From: Candidatus Kerfeldbacteria bacterium CG_4_10_14_0_8_um_filter_42_10
GTDB taxonomy: Bacteria > Patescibacteriota > Patescibacteriia > UM-FILTER-42-10
Reading direction: 5' to 3'
Length of the DNA: 64,000 nt
Assembly: GCA_002784945.1 (NCBI GenBank)
Contig: PFMD01000024.1
Span: 17,858 to 81,857, forward strand
Shown: positions 40,336 through 48,982 of the stretch, one piece after another
How positions within the stretch are numbered: position 1 is the first letter of the stretch
How the letters are laid out: every line of letters starts with the position of its first letter
Notes under the pieces: model-generated
The model's input: only the letters and a program-made list of their open reading frames with translations
What the model was told of the DNA's origin: nothing
Databases searched by the model: none
Program-made: the position numbers and the translations under genes

Positions 40336-41391
40336 CTACGTTTCTAATTTTTCTTCTTTCTCTTTCCTTTCTTCAAAAAAATCACTCAGGAATATTTTTA
40401 TAATGGTCGTGGTCGGCACGGCTAAAATAATTCCCACCACTCCGGCAATTTTAGCCCCGATCAACATGACAATAATTACCACGATCGGATTCAGCCCGAC
40501 GCTTTTCTGCATTACTTTGGGAACAATAATTTGATTCTCTAACTGCTGAATAATGATATAAAGAACGACTACCAGCAGCGCTTTAAGGGGAGACATGGCA
40601 AAAGTAAGAAAAACCGCCGGAATCGCGCTAATAATCGGCCCGATGTAAGGAATAAATTCCGTAATGCCCGCGATTAAAGCCAGCACTAAGGCATATTTTA
40701 CTCCTAAAATAGTCAAACCGATAAAGGTGAGGGTAAAAATTATTAAGGACAGGATTAATTGGCCTCTGAGCCATTGGCCCAACTTATGCTGAACTTGATT
40801 GGTTTTTTGAACCAGATAAGGCTGATACTTGCTGGGCGCGATTGAGTGAAAAAACTCTTTGATCCCCGCTTCGCCAATAGTCAGGTAAAATACCATCACC
40901 ATTACGGCAAAGAGACCGATTATACCGCCCAAGAAGCGGGAAGAAAATGTGAAAATTCCGCTTCCTAGCTGGGCTAGGGAATCACTCAAGGAATTCAAGG
41001 AATTCTGGACTGATCCTTCTACGCCATATTTGTTGGAAAAATTTTGAAAAGTGGAATAGAGCTGGACCAACTTATCATAGTATTGCGGGAAAGAACCGGT
41101 AATCTGTTTCACCTGTTCTACAATCGGCGGAACAATCAACATTACCGCTAATGACACTACTCCAATAATCGCTAAATAAACTACCAAAATTCCAATCGCT
41201 CGGGGAATTTTTCTTTTCTGCAAAGCGTCAATCCAGGGATCCAGGGCTGAAGCAATTACTATGGAAATAAATATTATGGCAAGGATATCGCGCACTAGGT
41301 AAAGGAACCCCAATAACAAAAAAATGGCGATTATCTTGATAATTGATCCGGTAGATATGGTTACGTTCATCTTCTGTTTTAGCGGTTCCAT
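40336..41391 (-). CDS. AI-2E family transporter
   Basis: WLRGQL, FIPYIGP, QQLENQIIVPKVM, GLNP. Confidence 0.93.
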   Translation of the reverse strand: MEPLKQKMNVTISTGSIIKIIAIFLLLGFLYLVRDILAIIFISIVIASALDPWIDALQKRKIPRAIGILVVYLAIIGVVSLAVMLIVPPIVEQVKQITGSFPQYYDKLVQLYSTFQNFSNKYGVEGSVQNSLNSLSDSLAQLGSGIFTFSSRFLGGIIGLFAVMVMVFYLTIGEAGIKEFFHSIAPSKYQPYLVQKTNQVQHKLGQWLRGQLILSLIIFTLTFIGLTILGVKYALVLALIAGITEFIPYIGPIISAIPAVFLTFAMSPLKALLVVVLYIIIQQLENQIIVPKVMQKSVGLNPIVVIIVMLIGAKIAGVVGIILAVPTTTIIKIFLSDFFEERKEKEEKLET

Positions 41392-41441
41392 AAAATCATT
41401 TTAGAATAATTAGAAGCTATTTTTAGTATACCATAAAATAG

Positions 41442-42719
41442 CTATATTTTTAACAGCTTTAGAAATTCTTGCTTAGCCGTGAACGGCCCGATTAAAGCTA
41501 AGTTTATTTTGGAGGTTTGAAAAATATCTTTTGCTACTCGTTGGATATCACCGATTTTTACTTTTTGAATCTTTCTCAATTTTTGTTCCAAAGTCAGTGT
41601 TTTACCGGTCAAAAGCTGTTGAATACCGTACCAGCCGGCGATTTGCTCCGAGTCTTCCATTTCTAAAGTCAGTCTCCCTTTCAAATATTCCTTCGCTTTA
41701 TCCAGTTCTTCTGAAGAAACAGCGGTTTGCTTTATTTTTTTGATTTCTTCCAATATTCTTACGATGGCCTGGCTGATTCTTCGGCGATCCAGCCCGGATT
41801 GGATGACAAAATTTCCGATGTCTTCATATATATTGGCGGACGAACGGATGAAATAACACAATCCCTGCCGCTCCCGAATATTAATAAAGAGCCGGGAACT
41901 CATATTGCCGCCTAAGATAATATTTAAAAGATAAAGCGCTTCCAGATCTTTATGAAAATAGGAATAAGCGGGAAAGCCCAAACAAAGCTGAACCTGCTCC
42001 GTTTTTTTGTATTCCACTTTTGCCCGGGGAGCGTTTTGAATTACTTTCACTTTGGAAAAGGAAGAGGCTTTGTCTTTAGTTCGTTCCCAATTAAAGTGTT
42101 TTTCAATTAAGCGGAATCCTTCTTGAGGATTAATTTTTCCGGAAATTACCACCAGCATGTTGCGGGGATGGTAATATTTTTTTTTGTAACGCATCATCTG
42201 GCTGCGAGTGACTTTTCTGATTACCGCCTTCGGACCGCTGATCAACTGGCCCAGCCGGTTATCTTTTCCATAAAGCAGTTCCTCGAACAAAGAATCCACA
42301 TACGATTGGGGATTATCTTTATACATGTTGATTTCTTCTTCAATCACTCCCCGCTCGCGGTTTAATTCCTTCGGATCAAACAAGGAGTTCTTTAGCATAT
42401 CGGACAAAACGTCAAAAGCGAGCTTCTTTTTTTCGTGATTTACTTTTATATGGTATCCCGTCTGGTCTTTTTGGGTAAAAGCGTTGCATTCCGCGCCCAC
42501 GCCATCTAGTTCTTTGGAAATTTGAAGCGTGGTCGGACGCTTTACAGTGCCCTTAAACATCATATGCTCGATAAAATGAGAGACGCCGTTTAAATTCTGC
42601 GGTTCGTGGCGGGAGCCCACTTTAACCAATACTAAAAGAGTGATTGTTTTGGTATCTTTAAGCGGAGCGACAATGGCTTTCAAACCATTGGGGAATGTTT
42701 TTTTGTAGTAAGGAAGCAT
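41442..42719 (-). CDS. M16 family zinc peptidase
   Basis: HFIEHMMFKGT inverted zinc motif, NAFT, GGNMSSRLF..IRE..GLCY. Confidence 0.95.
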   Translation of the reverse strand: MLPYYKKTFPNGLKAIVAPLKDTKTITLLVLVKVGSRHEPQNLNGVSHFIEHMMFKGTVKRPTTLQISKELDGVGAECNAFTQKDQTGYHIKVNHEKKKLAFDVLSDMLKNSLFDPKELNRERGVIEEEINMYKDNPQSYVDSLFEELLYGKDNRLGQLISGPKAVIRKVTRSQMMRYKKKYYHPRNMLVVISGKINPQEGFRLIEKHFNWERTKDKASSFSKVKVIQNAPRAKVEYKKTEQVQLCLGFPAYSYFHKDLEALYLLNIILGGNMSSRLFINIRERQGLCYFIRSSANIYEDIGNFVIQSGLDRRRISQAIVRILEEIKKIKQTAVSSEELDKAKEYLKGRLTLEMEDSEQIAGWYGIQQLLTGKTLTLEQKLRKIQKVKIGDIQRVAKDIFQTSKINLALIGPFTAKQEFLKLLKI

Positions 42720-42744
42720 AGGTTTTGTTTATCACCTTTACAGT

Positions 42745-42788
42745 GGATGGTTGTAGGCGAATTTGGCCAAATTCGCCTACAACCATCC
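42745..42788. repeat. Perfect 44-bp palindrome with REP-like GTAG core
   Basis: GGATGGTTGTAGGCGAATTTGG|CCAAATTCGCCTACAACCATCC. Confidence 0.85.
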
Positions 42789-42813
42789 CATTTTAATGAG
42801 GTAACAAATAATA

Positions 42814-44154
42814 TTAGATTTTTTCCTTTAAGTAATTAACCAATTCTTCGATTTTTACCCTCTCCTGCTTCATAGTGTCTCTATCTCGGACAGTCACCGC
42901 TTTGTCTTCTAAAGAATCAAAATCCACGGTGACGCAATAGGGCGTGCCAATTTCATCCTGTCGGCGGTAGCGTTTTCCTATGGAAGCAACTTCATCGTAA
43001 GCCGCCATGAAATTGGGTTGGATTTCTTGATAAATTTCTTTAGCCACTTTTACCAGATTTTCTTTGCGGGACAAAGGCAGTACCGCCACTTTATATGGAG
43101 CCAAATCCTTATGGAGGCGCAGAACTACCTCTTCTTCTTTAATGCTTTCGGTAGTGGTGGTGCGGCCGCCCTTTACTTCGTCATAAGCATCCAGCAGAAA
43201 GGTCAAAGCGGCCCGGTCTACTCCGAATGACGGTTCTATGACGTAAGGAGTGATTTTCTGGTTTGATTCCTGATCATGGTATTCCAGCTTGTGCTGTTTC
43301 AAATCATAATCGGTTCGGTTAGCAATACCCAAAAGTTCCGCCCATCCTTTCTCTCCGCCAGAGGCGGATCCGCCTTGGGCGGAAAAAGGAAATTTGTATT
43401 CAATGTCAACCGTTTCTTTAGCGTAATGAGCCAGTTCTTTTTTCTCTTGAGGACGTTTCTTGATATTTTCTTTTTTAATACCTAAATCTAAAAACCATTG
43501 ATAGGATTGCTCCACCCAATAATCAAACCATTTTTTGTCTTCTTTCGGATCGATAAAATACTCCAGTTCCATCTGTTCAAATTCCCGCGAGCGGAATATA
43601 AAGTTGCCGGGCGTAATTTCATTGCGAAAAGCTTTGCCCACTTGAGCAATGCCAAAGGGCAGCTTTTGGCGCATGGTATCAACAATGTTTTTGAAATTGA
43701 CGAAAATCCCTTGAGCGGTTTCCGGGCGGAGGTAAGCAGCCGAAGCAGAATTTTCTACTGGGCCCACAAAAGTTTTAAACATTAAGTTGAACTCTTTTGC
43801 TTTTTCTAATTCTTTCTTACCGCAATTAGGACACTGACCATTTAAATCTTCTTCCTTAAAACGCTGATGACAACTTTTGCATTCCACCAACTTATCAGCG
43901 AATCCTTTTAAATGCCCTGAAACCTCCCAAGTTTTGGGATTCATTATAATTGCCGAATCCAACCCCACCACATCTGCCCTTTCCTGCACAAACTTTTTCC
44001 ACCACATTTTTTTGATGTTATTTTTCAACTCCACGCCCAAAGGACCGAAATCCCAAAACCCCTGAAGTCCGCCGTAAATTTCCGAGGAAGGAAAAATAAA
44101 CCCTCTTCTCTTCGATAAACTTACAATCTTTTCCATTAAATTTTGTTGAAGCAT
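42814..44154 (-). CDS. glyQS: Glycine--tRNA ligase (homodimeric type)
   Basis: KRRGFIFPSSEIYGG, LRPETAQG, FRNEITP, REFEQME, IGKRYRRQDEIGTP; start at MLQQNL (44154). Confidence 0.97.
   Translation of the reverse strand: MLQQNLMEKIVSLSKRRGFIFPSSEIYGGLQGFWDFGPLGVELKNNIKKMWWKKFVQERADVVGLDSAIIMNPKTWEVSGHLKGFADKLVECKSCHQRFKEEDLNGQCPNCGKKELEKAKEFNLMFKTFVGPVENSASAAYLRPETAQGIFVNFKNIVDTMRQKLPFGIAQVGKAFRNEITPGNFIFRSREFEQMELEYFIDPKEDKKWFDYWVEQSYQWFLDLGIKKENIKKRPQEKKELAHYAKETVDIEYKFPFSAQGGSASGGEKGWAELLGIANRTDYDLKQHKLEYHDQESNQKITPYVIEPSFGVDRAALTFLLDAYDEVKGGRTTTTESIKEEEVVLRLHKDLAPYKVAVLPLSRKENLVKVAKEIYQEIQPNFMAAYDEVASIGKRYRRQDEIGTPYCVTVDFDSLEDKAVTVRDRDTMKQERVKIEELVNYLKEKI
43354..43383 (-). repeat. 30-bp double-hairpin repeat inserted in-frame in glyQS
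   Basis: Reverse complement is identical to 28010-28039; encodes [10 protein letters not shown]. Confidence 0.9.
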
Positions 44155-44158
44155 ATTT

Positions 44159-44443
44159 TTACTTTTTTCTACTCGTCCTCTCAACTTTTTGAGAAAACAA
44201 TTGGTTCTTTAAAGTTCTATAAATCCAATTCTTACCCCAACCAGTTTTTAAAAATTTTTCTCTTTGCGCTGCATCATGCTTATTCCGATGAGCTTCATAA
44301 TACAACAATATAAATGGATGCCTCGACTGCGTAGAAAAATTTTCACCATTATTATGTGAGTTAAACCTCTTACGTAGATCATTTGTCATACCGATATACA
44401 TATTTCCATCTTTTATACTCTGAAGTATATAGACGTACCACAT
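44159..44443 (-). CDS. GIY-YIG nuclease family protein (UPF0213-like)
   Basis: YVYIL...YIGMTNDL.KRF..HN...YYE....A..RE. Confidence 0.92.
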   Translation of the reverse strand: MWYVYILQSIKDGNMYIGMTNDLRKRFNSHNNGENFSTQSRHPFILLYYEAHRNKHDAAQREKFLKTGWGKNWIYRTLKNQLFSQKVERTSRKK

Positions 44444-44463
44444 ATTCTCAAAAAGTTGAGAGG
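44177..44463. mobile_element. GIY-YIG cassette bounded by 19-bp perfect inverted repeats
   Basis: CCTCTCAACTTTTTGAGAA (44177-44195) / TTCTCAAAAAGTTGAGAGG (44445-44463). Confidence 0.7.
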
Positions 44464-44531
44464 GTAAAACCGCGCCTCTTGGCTAAAGAGACAATTTTTT
44501 CCATTAAATTGTTTTCTTCTCTCTCGATCAT
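44448..44531 (-). pseudogene. Truncated duplicate of the glyQS 5' end
   Basis: MIEREENNLMEKIVSLAKRRGF-TLSTF*, versus glyQS NLMEKIVSLSKRRGF. Confidence 0.85.
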
Positions 44532-44569
44532 AATGAATAAATTATACCAATTTTACAGTTTTTACACAA

Positions 44570-44599
44570 AGAAGGCGCGATTCGCGAATCGCGCCTTCT
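44570..44599. repeat. Perfect 30-bp palindrome
   Basis: AGAAGGCGCGATTCG|CGAATCGCGCCTTCT. Confidence 0.8.
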
Positions 44600-44618
44600 A
44601 TAATCCATCGTTAATATC

Positions 44619-47408
44619 TCACAACTCCTCGGCTTTTTCAATTCGAATGGTTCCGCCTTTTTCCAAAACAGCAACATCCCTGCGGCCAACCTTGCCCGAA
44701 AGCATATATTTGGCTAAAGCACTGTCTACTTTATCCTGGATTACTCTTCTTAAAGGCCGAGCTCCAAATTCAGGGTGAAATCCTTCCCGGGCCAGTTCGA
44801 CAATCGCTTCCTGGTCCGCTTTTAGTGTGATTCCCTTTGGAGCAAGCTGGAGGGCGACTTTATTTAATTCCAATTGAGCAATTTGTACTACCTGATCAAA
44901 CGTTAAGGGTTTGAATACGACGATTCCATCAAAGCGGTTCAAAAATTCCGGGCGAAAATAGCCTTTAAGCACCTGGCCTAAAACTTGTTTTTGAATCTGG
45001 TCAGTGGTTAGACCGGCTCGCATCCCTTCTTGAATTTGGGCGGTACCGGCATTAGAGGTAGCGATCAAAATAGCATTGGTAAAATCAATGGTTCTTCCCG
45101 CTCCATCGGTAAGGCGGCCATCGTCCATCACTTGTAAAAAAACATTTAAAATATCAGGATGCGCCTTTTCTAATTCATCCAGCAGTACTAGGGAAAAGGG
45201 TGCAGAACGGACCGCTTCTGTTAAATACCCTCCGGCGCTGGCCCCTTTGTAGCCGGGCGGCGCTCCAATCAAACGGCTGAGCGAGGATTGGTCTTGGTAT
45301 TCCGACATATCCAGCCGGACCATTTTAGTCTCCGCTCCAAAGTAAACTTCCGCCACGGTCTTGGCTAATTCCGTTTTGCCTACGCCGGTGGGGCCGACAA
45401 AAAGAAAATTGGCAATCGGCCGGTTGGTATCTCTAAGCTCAGCCCGGGCTCTTCTTAACGCTTCGGCTACCAAATGCACCGCCTCATCTTGCCCCACTAT
45501 TCGGGCGTGCATCTTTTCTTCTAAATTGATCAGCAGATCTTCTTCTTCCATGGTCACCGTTGTTACCTTTACGTTTGTTTTTTCCGAAAGTACGACGGCC
45601 ACTTCGTTTTTTCCAACAATGGCATTTTCTCCTTTGGTTTCTCGAGTATAAACTGCGGCCTCTTCCATAATATCTAAAGCCTTGGAGGGCAAATAACGAT
45701 CGTGAATATACCGGCGGGAAAGTTTGACGGCGTTTTCAATGGCATCATAAGAAAAGAATACCTTATGGCGATATTCCATTCCGCCGGACCTGGCTTCTAA
45801 TACTTGAATAGCGGCATTGTCATCCATTTCCTCTACTTTAACCACTTGGAAGCGGCGCATAAAGGCATCGTTGTTTTTAAGATAAAGATTAAAGTCGGTT
45901 GTAGTCACAACGCCGATTACTTGAATTAACCCTTGAGATAAGGCGTTGGCTAAAATGCCTGCAGCATCCTGTGCCCCTGCTGTGCTGCTAGCACCCACCA
46001 GATTAGCAATATCATCAATAAATAACGTAACGTTTCCGGCGGAAGTGGCTTCGTTAATTGCGGTCATCATCCGGCCTTCAATTTCCCCTTGGGCATGGGT
46101 GCCGGCAATCAGCCCGCCCGTTTCTAAACTAACCAAGCGCTTATCCTGAAGAACCTTAGGTACGTCTTCGGCGGTCATTCTCTCAGCAATTCCTTCGCCA
46201 ATAATTGTTTTGCCCACACCGGCATCACCGACCATCAGCACGTTACCCAGCCGCTGTTCCAAAATCCTCAAGACTTCATCCATTTCCTTTTCCCGGTCAA
46301 TCAGCGGAAATAAGGCGCCGGCCCGGGCCGCTAAAGTCAGGTCTCTACTAAACTGATCCAACGTAGGAGTGGGCCGCGCCGTCATGGCCCGATTCATAAT
46401 ATTTTTAGGCTTCAGCTGCGCTTTGGAACGGAAGCGGCGCCAACGCTCCTGAAGCAGTTTGGTGATGTGGATCCATTCCGCGACGTTTTTCAACTTATTG
46501 AAATCAACCTCTAAATCATAAAGAATTTCCTGAGCCACTTTATGGGTTTTAGCAATAACAATGAGCAACTCCGTAACATCCACCTTATCCCGACGTAAGC
46601 TGCTTGCTTCAACGTAAGCCATAAAAAGCAGATTGTAGAATTCGGGCGAAAAACCGGTCTGTTCGCCAATAGTGTACTGTTCCTGCTTTAATGCCCTTAT
46701 TACTTTCTGCATTAAAAGTTTTGCGTTTATTCCCATTCGCCCGAAAATCACAGCGCTCTGCTTAAGCGTCAAAAGTGAAGCTAGTAAATGAAGGGAGTGC
46801 ACTTCACTATGTTTTAGCTTTCGCGCCAACTTCCATGACTCTTCGACTAATTTAAGCGCGTCTTCGGTGAAAGTCTTGCTGATATCAATTTTTTTGTCTT
46901 TAGGCAACGATTCTGCCTGGTCGAAAGTTAGCGGTGCGGAGAGAGGCACGGCAGTGGTATAACTTCCTTTTTTCACCGAGTGTTTTAGTTTCTCTTCCTG
47001 ATCGATCCGGTAAAAAATGTAAAGATCTCCTAAAAGACTGATCCAGAATAAAAGCAGACCGGGCTTTTTCAGGTTTAATAAATCAGAAATTGCCGAGATC
47101 TGCTCTAAAGAACGCACGACTTCTAAAAAACCAAGTAAGATTCCTAAGACCGCCAATAAAATCAGCAGGCCGTTAATGGTAATCCGGATTCCCCTTTCCA
47201 GTTTATCTTCTACAATCGAAATAGTATTCATCTTCTTGCCCCAATACAAAGCATCGCCTAGATAATAGGCATATGCTCCCAAGCCGTTGCATTTGGAACA
47301 GCGCACTTCTTCCTTGCTGCTAATTAGGCGCGAATAACCGTTACACCGATCGCAAGGAATAAGCCCAAGAGACTCTTTTTCTGGTTCTTTACTTGTGTAG
47401 AATGCCAT
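44619..47408 (-). CDS. Clp/Hsp100 AAA+ ATPase with N-terminal Zn finger and TM helices
   Basis: CDRC/CSKC, two hydrophobic helices, Clp N domain, GDAGVGKT, GPTGVGKT, LLDELEKAHP, RPEFLNR, GARPL. Confidence 0.93.
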   Translation of the reverse strand: MAFYTSKEPEKESLGLIPCDRCNGYSRLISSKEEVRCSKCNGLGAYAYYLGDALYWGKKMNTISIVEDKLERGIRITINGLLILLAVLGILLGFLEVVRSLEQISAISDLLNLKKPGLLLFWISLLGDLYIFYRIDQEEKLKHSVKKGSYTTAVPLSAPLTFDQAESLPKDKKIDISKTFTEDALKLVEESWKLARKLKHSEVHSLHLLASLLTLKQSAVIFGRMGINAKLLMQKVIRALKQEQYTIGEQTGFSPEFYNLLFMAYVEASSLRRDKVDVTELLIVIAKTHKVAQEILYDLEVDFNKLKNVAEWIHITKLLQERWRRFRSKAQLKPKNIMNRAMTARPTPTLDQFSRDLTLAARAGALFPLIDREKEMDEVLRILEQRLGNVLMVGDAGVGKTIIGEGIAERMTAEDVPKVLQDKRLVSLETGGLIAGTHAQGEIEGRMMTAINEATSAGNVTLFIDDIANLVGASSTAGAQDAAGILANALSQGLIQVIGVVTTTDFNLYLKNNDAFMRRFQVVKVEEMDDNAAIQVLEARSGGMEYRHKVFFSYDAIENAVKLSRRYIHDRYLPSKALDIMEEAAVYTRETKGENAIVGKNEVAVVLSEKTNVKVTTVTMEEEDLLINLEEKMHARIVGQDEAVHLVAEALRRARAELRDTNRPIANFLFVGPTGVGKTELAKTVAEVYFGAETKMVRLDMSEYQDQSSLSRLIGAPPGYKGASAGGYLTEAVRSAPFSLVLLDELEKAHPDILNVFLQVMDDGRLTDGAGRTIDFTNAILIATSNAGTAQIQEGMRAGLTTDQIQKQVLGQVLKGYFRPEFLNRFDGIVVFKPLTFDQVVQIAQLELNKVALQLAPKGITLKADQEAIVELAREGFHPEFGARPLRRVIQDKVDSALAKYMLSGKVGRRDVAVLEKGGTIRIEKAEEL

Positions 47409-47802
47409 TGATAATGGTAATTAAATGATGCTCCTTAATCTCGGATAATTGGAAAATAATGGAATAGATAATGAAAACGGGTAAAATCAACCAAATAATA
47501 AACAGGATCACCAACACAACAACCCAGATCACCGTGGTCAGCAGTAGAAAAAAGAAATGGAAAATTCTTACAAAAAAACTGATTAACCGGCCGCTGCGCG
47601 AATAGTCGCCATACATCGGCTTAAGCAAATTAGCAAACAGAATCTTTAGGGAAAGCGCTTCGGCTAAAGAAGAAATTTGCCGGCCAATAAAAAACAGCAC
47701 TTTTTTAGTGCCGGTGGTGTACCACCATACTGGAAAATAGAAGATTTTGCCAATCAGCTCAATAAAAACATATTTAAGCGCGTTGATAAACGCATTACTC
47801 AT
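47389..47802 (-). CDS. Hypothetical membrane protein coupled to the Clp ATPase gene
   Basis: FPVWWY...NLLKPMYGDYS..GRLISFFVR; overlaps the Clp start. Confidence 0.8.
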   Translation of the reverse strand: MSNAFINALKYVFIELIGKIFYFPVWWYTTGTKKVLFFIGRQISSLAEALSLKILFANLLKPMYGDYSRSGRLISFFVRIFHFFFLLLTTVIWVVVLVILFIIWLILPVFIIYSIIFQLSEIKEHHLITIINGILHK

Positions 47803-48083
47803 CCCGTTAGAGAAAGGAAGCGCTTCAGACGATTTTTTAGATATCTTTTACCCATACCTGATTTTAGTTATTTTTCTCTAGTAAAAGCATCGCCTTTATT
47901 AAAACACGCTTCATAATAAATTAGAATAAATGGCCCACGACCTTTTGTAGAAAGTATCATATTATTGTTATGTTCCTTAAAGCGCTTCCGTAAATCAATA
48001 GTACAACCCGTATACCAATCATTATCTTTTTTACTTTGAATAAGATAAGTATACCACGCTTTGTTTTCTCTAACGGGACTCAT
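47799..48083 (-). pseudogene. GIY-YIG nuclease with an internal stop codon
   Basis: WYTYLI..WYTG...REK*LKSGMGKRYLKNRLKRFLSLTG*; TAA at 47868-47870 interrupts a 94-codon frame. Confidence 0.85.
47803..48077. mobile_element. GIY-YIG cassette with 13-bp TIR and 6-bp flanking direct repeat
   Basis: ACTCAT-[CCCGTTAGAGAAA ... TTTCTCTAACGGG]-ACTCAT. Confidence 0.8.
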
Positions 48084-48172
48084 GAATATATTTTAGCATA
48101 TTTTTGATGAATTGTAAACCCCGTTAGAAACATAGCTTCTCACAAGGATAAGTAAAAAAATGGTTTTAAATT

Positions 48173-48204
48173 AAAAAACTCCGGGGGTTATCCCAGAGTT
48201 TTTT
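48173..48204 (-). terminator. Terminator after the LOG-like gene
   Basis: AAAAAACTC...GAGTTTTTT hairpin. Confidence 0.55.
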
Positions 48205-48219
48205 AATTGTAATCTGAAA

Positions 48220-48891
48220 TTAACTTATTTTAGATATTTTTTTAATAATTTCATCCGCTGAAGAAAAAAATTCTAGTTCCGCCAGAAATTCTCGGGGTAA
48301 AGTCTCCATATTCATCAAAGTCTGCAGTAAACCGATCCAGTAGTTGCTGATGAATACTAATTGGGGCAGCTGTTCCGGATGATATTTACGGTTATTGATA
48401 TGGGTAATTGCTCTCATTAACATCATTAACGTTCCTAAGCCCCCTCGAAAAATCACGATAATCGGCGCGCAGGTAGCCAAAAGTTCTATGCGCGGCGTGG
48501 GAGCATTCACTACTACGCGGGGACCATATTTGCTAATTTCTTTCTCTAACTCCGGAAAAACAATTCCCAGACTGTTTTCTTTACCTATTTTAGAACTAGC
48601 CTCCATAATACCCGACTTGCGGCCACCGTTCATAACAATTCCTCCGTTTGCTACCACATATTCTGTTATTCTAGCAGCATCTTGTGCCTGAGGATGATCA
48701 GCTTTAATTGTTCCACTACCGTTGATAGAAACTACCAGTCCCTCACTTTCATAAGTCAAAAGGTATTCCTGCGAAGAACCGTGAATAGAAACCCAAGCTT
48801 TAGCGCTTTTCAGCTCCACTTCTTTAATTATTTCACCCAGCAATCTTCTTTTTTTCTTTTGGAATATTTCTTCTAAATTTTGCTTTGCCAT
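48220..48891 (-). CDS. LOG/SLOG family nucleotide-binding protein
   Basis: VSINGSG, MNGG..GIMEA, FRGGLGT (PGGxGT-like). Confidence 0.75.
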   Translation of the reverse strand: MAKQNLEEIFQKKKRRLLGEIIKEVELKSAKAWVSIHGSSQEYLLTYESEGLVVSINGSGTIKADHPQAQDAARITEYVVANGGIVMNGGRKSGIMEASSKIGKENSLGIVFPELEKEISKYGPRVVVNAPTPRIELLATCAPIIVIFRGGLGTLMMLMRAITHINNRKYHPEQLPQLVFISNYWIGLLQTLMNMETLPREFLAELEFFSSADEIIKKISKIS

Positions 48892-48982
48892 ATTTTTTTG
48901 TATATTGCTTCATTGTTTCACTGTTTCATGGTTCTTTATATGCATCCAACAATGAAACAATGAAGCCATGAATCAATGAAAT

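Noticed and set aside
44177-44463. Group I intron carrying a GIY-YIG homing endonuclease
   Set aside because: Too short and no ribozyme core; the downstream gene has its own complete start, so splicing is unnecessary.
47868-47870. Stop-codon reassignment or readthrough explaining the GIY-YIG internal stop
   Set aside because: TAA, TAG and TGA all end conserved genes normally here, so a nonsense mutation is simpler.
47803-48077. GTTAGA...TCTAAC ends as integron attC core sites
   Set aside because: Only a partial match to GTTRRRY/RYYYAAC, no attC stem after the ORF, and no integrase in the window.
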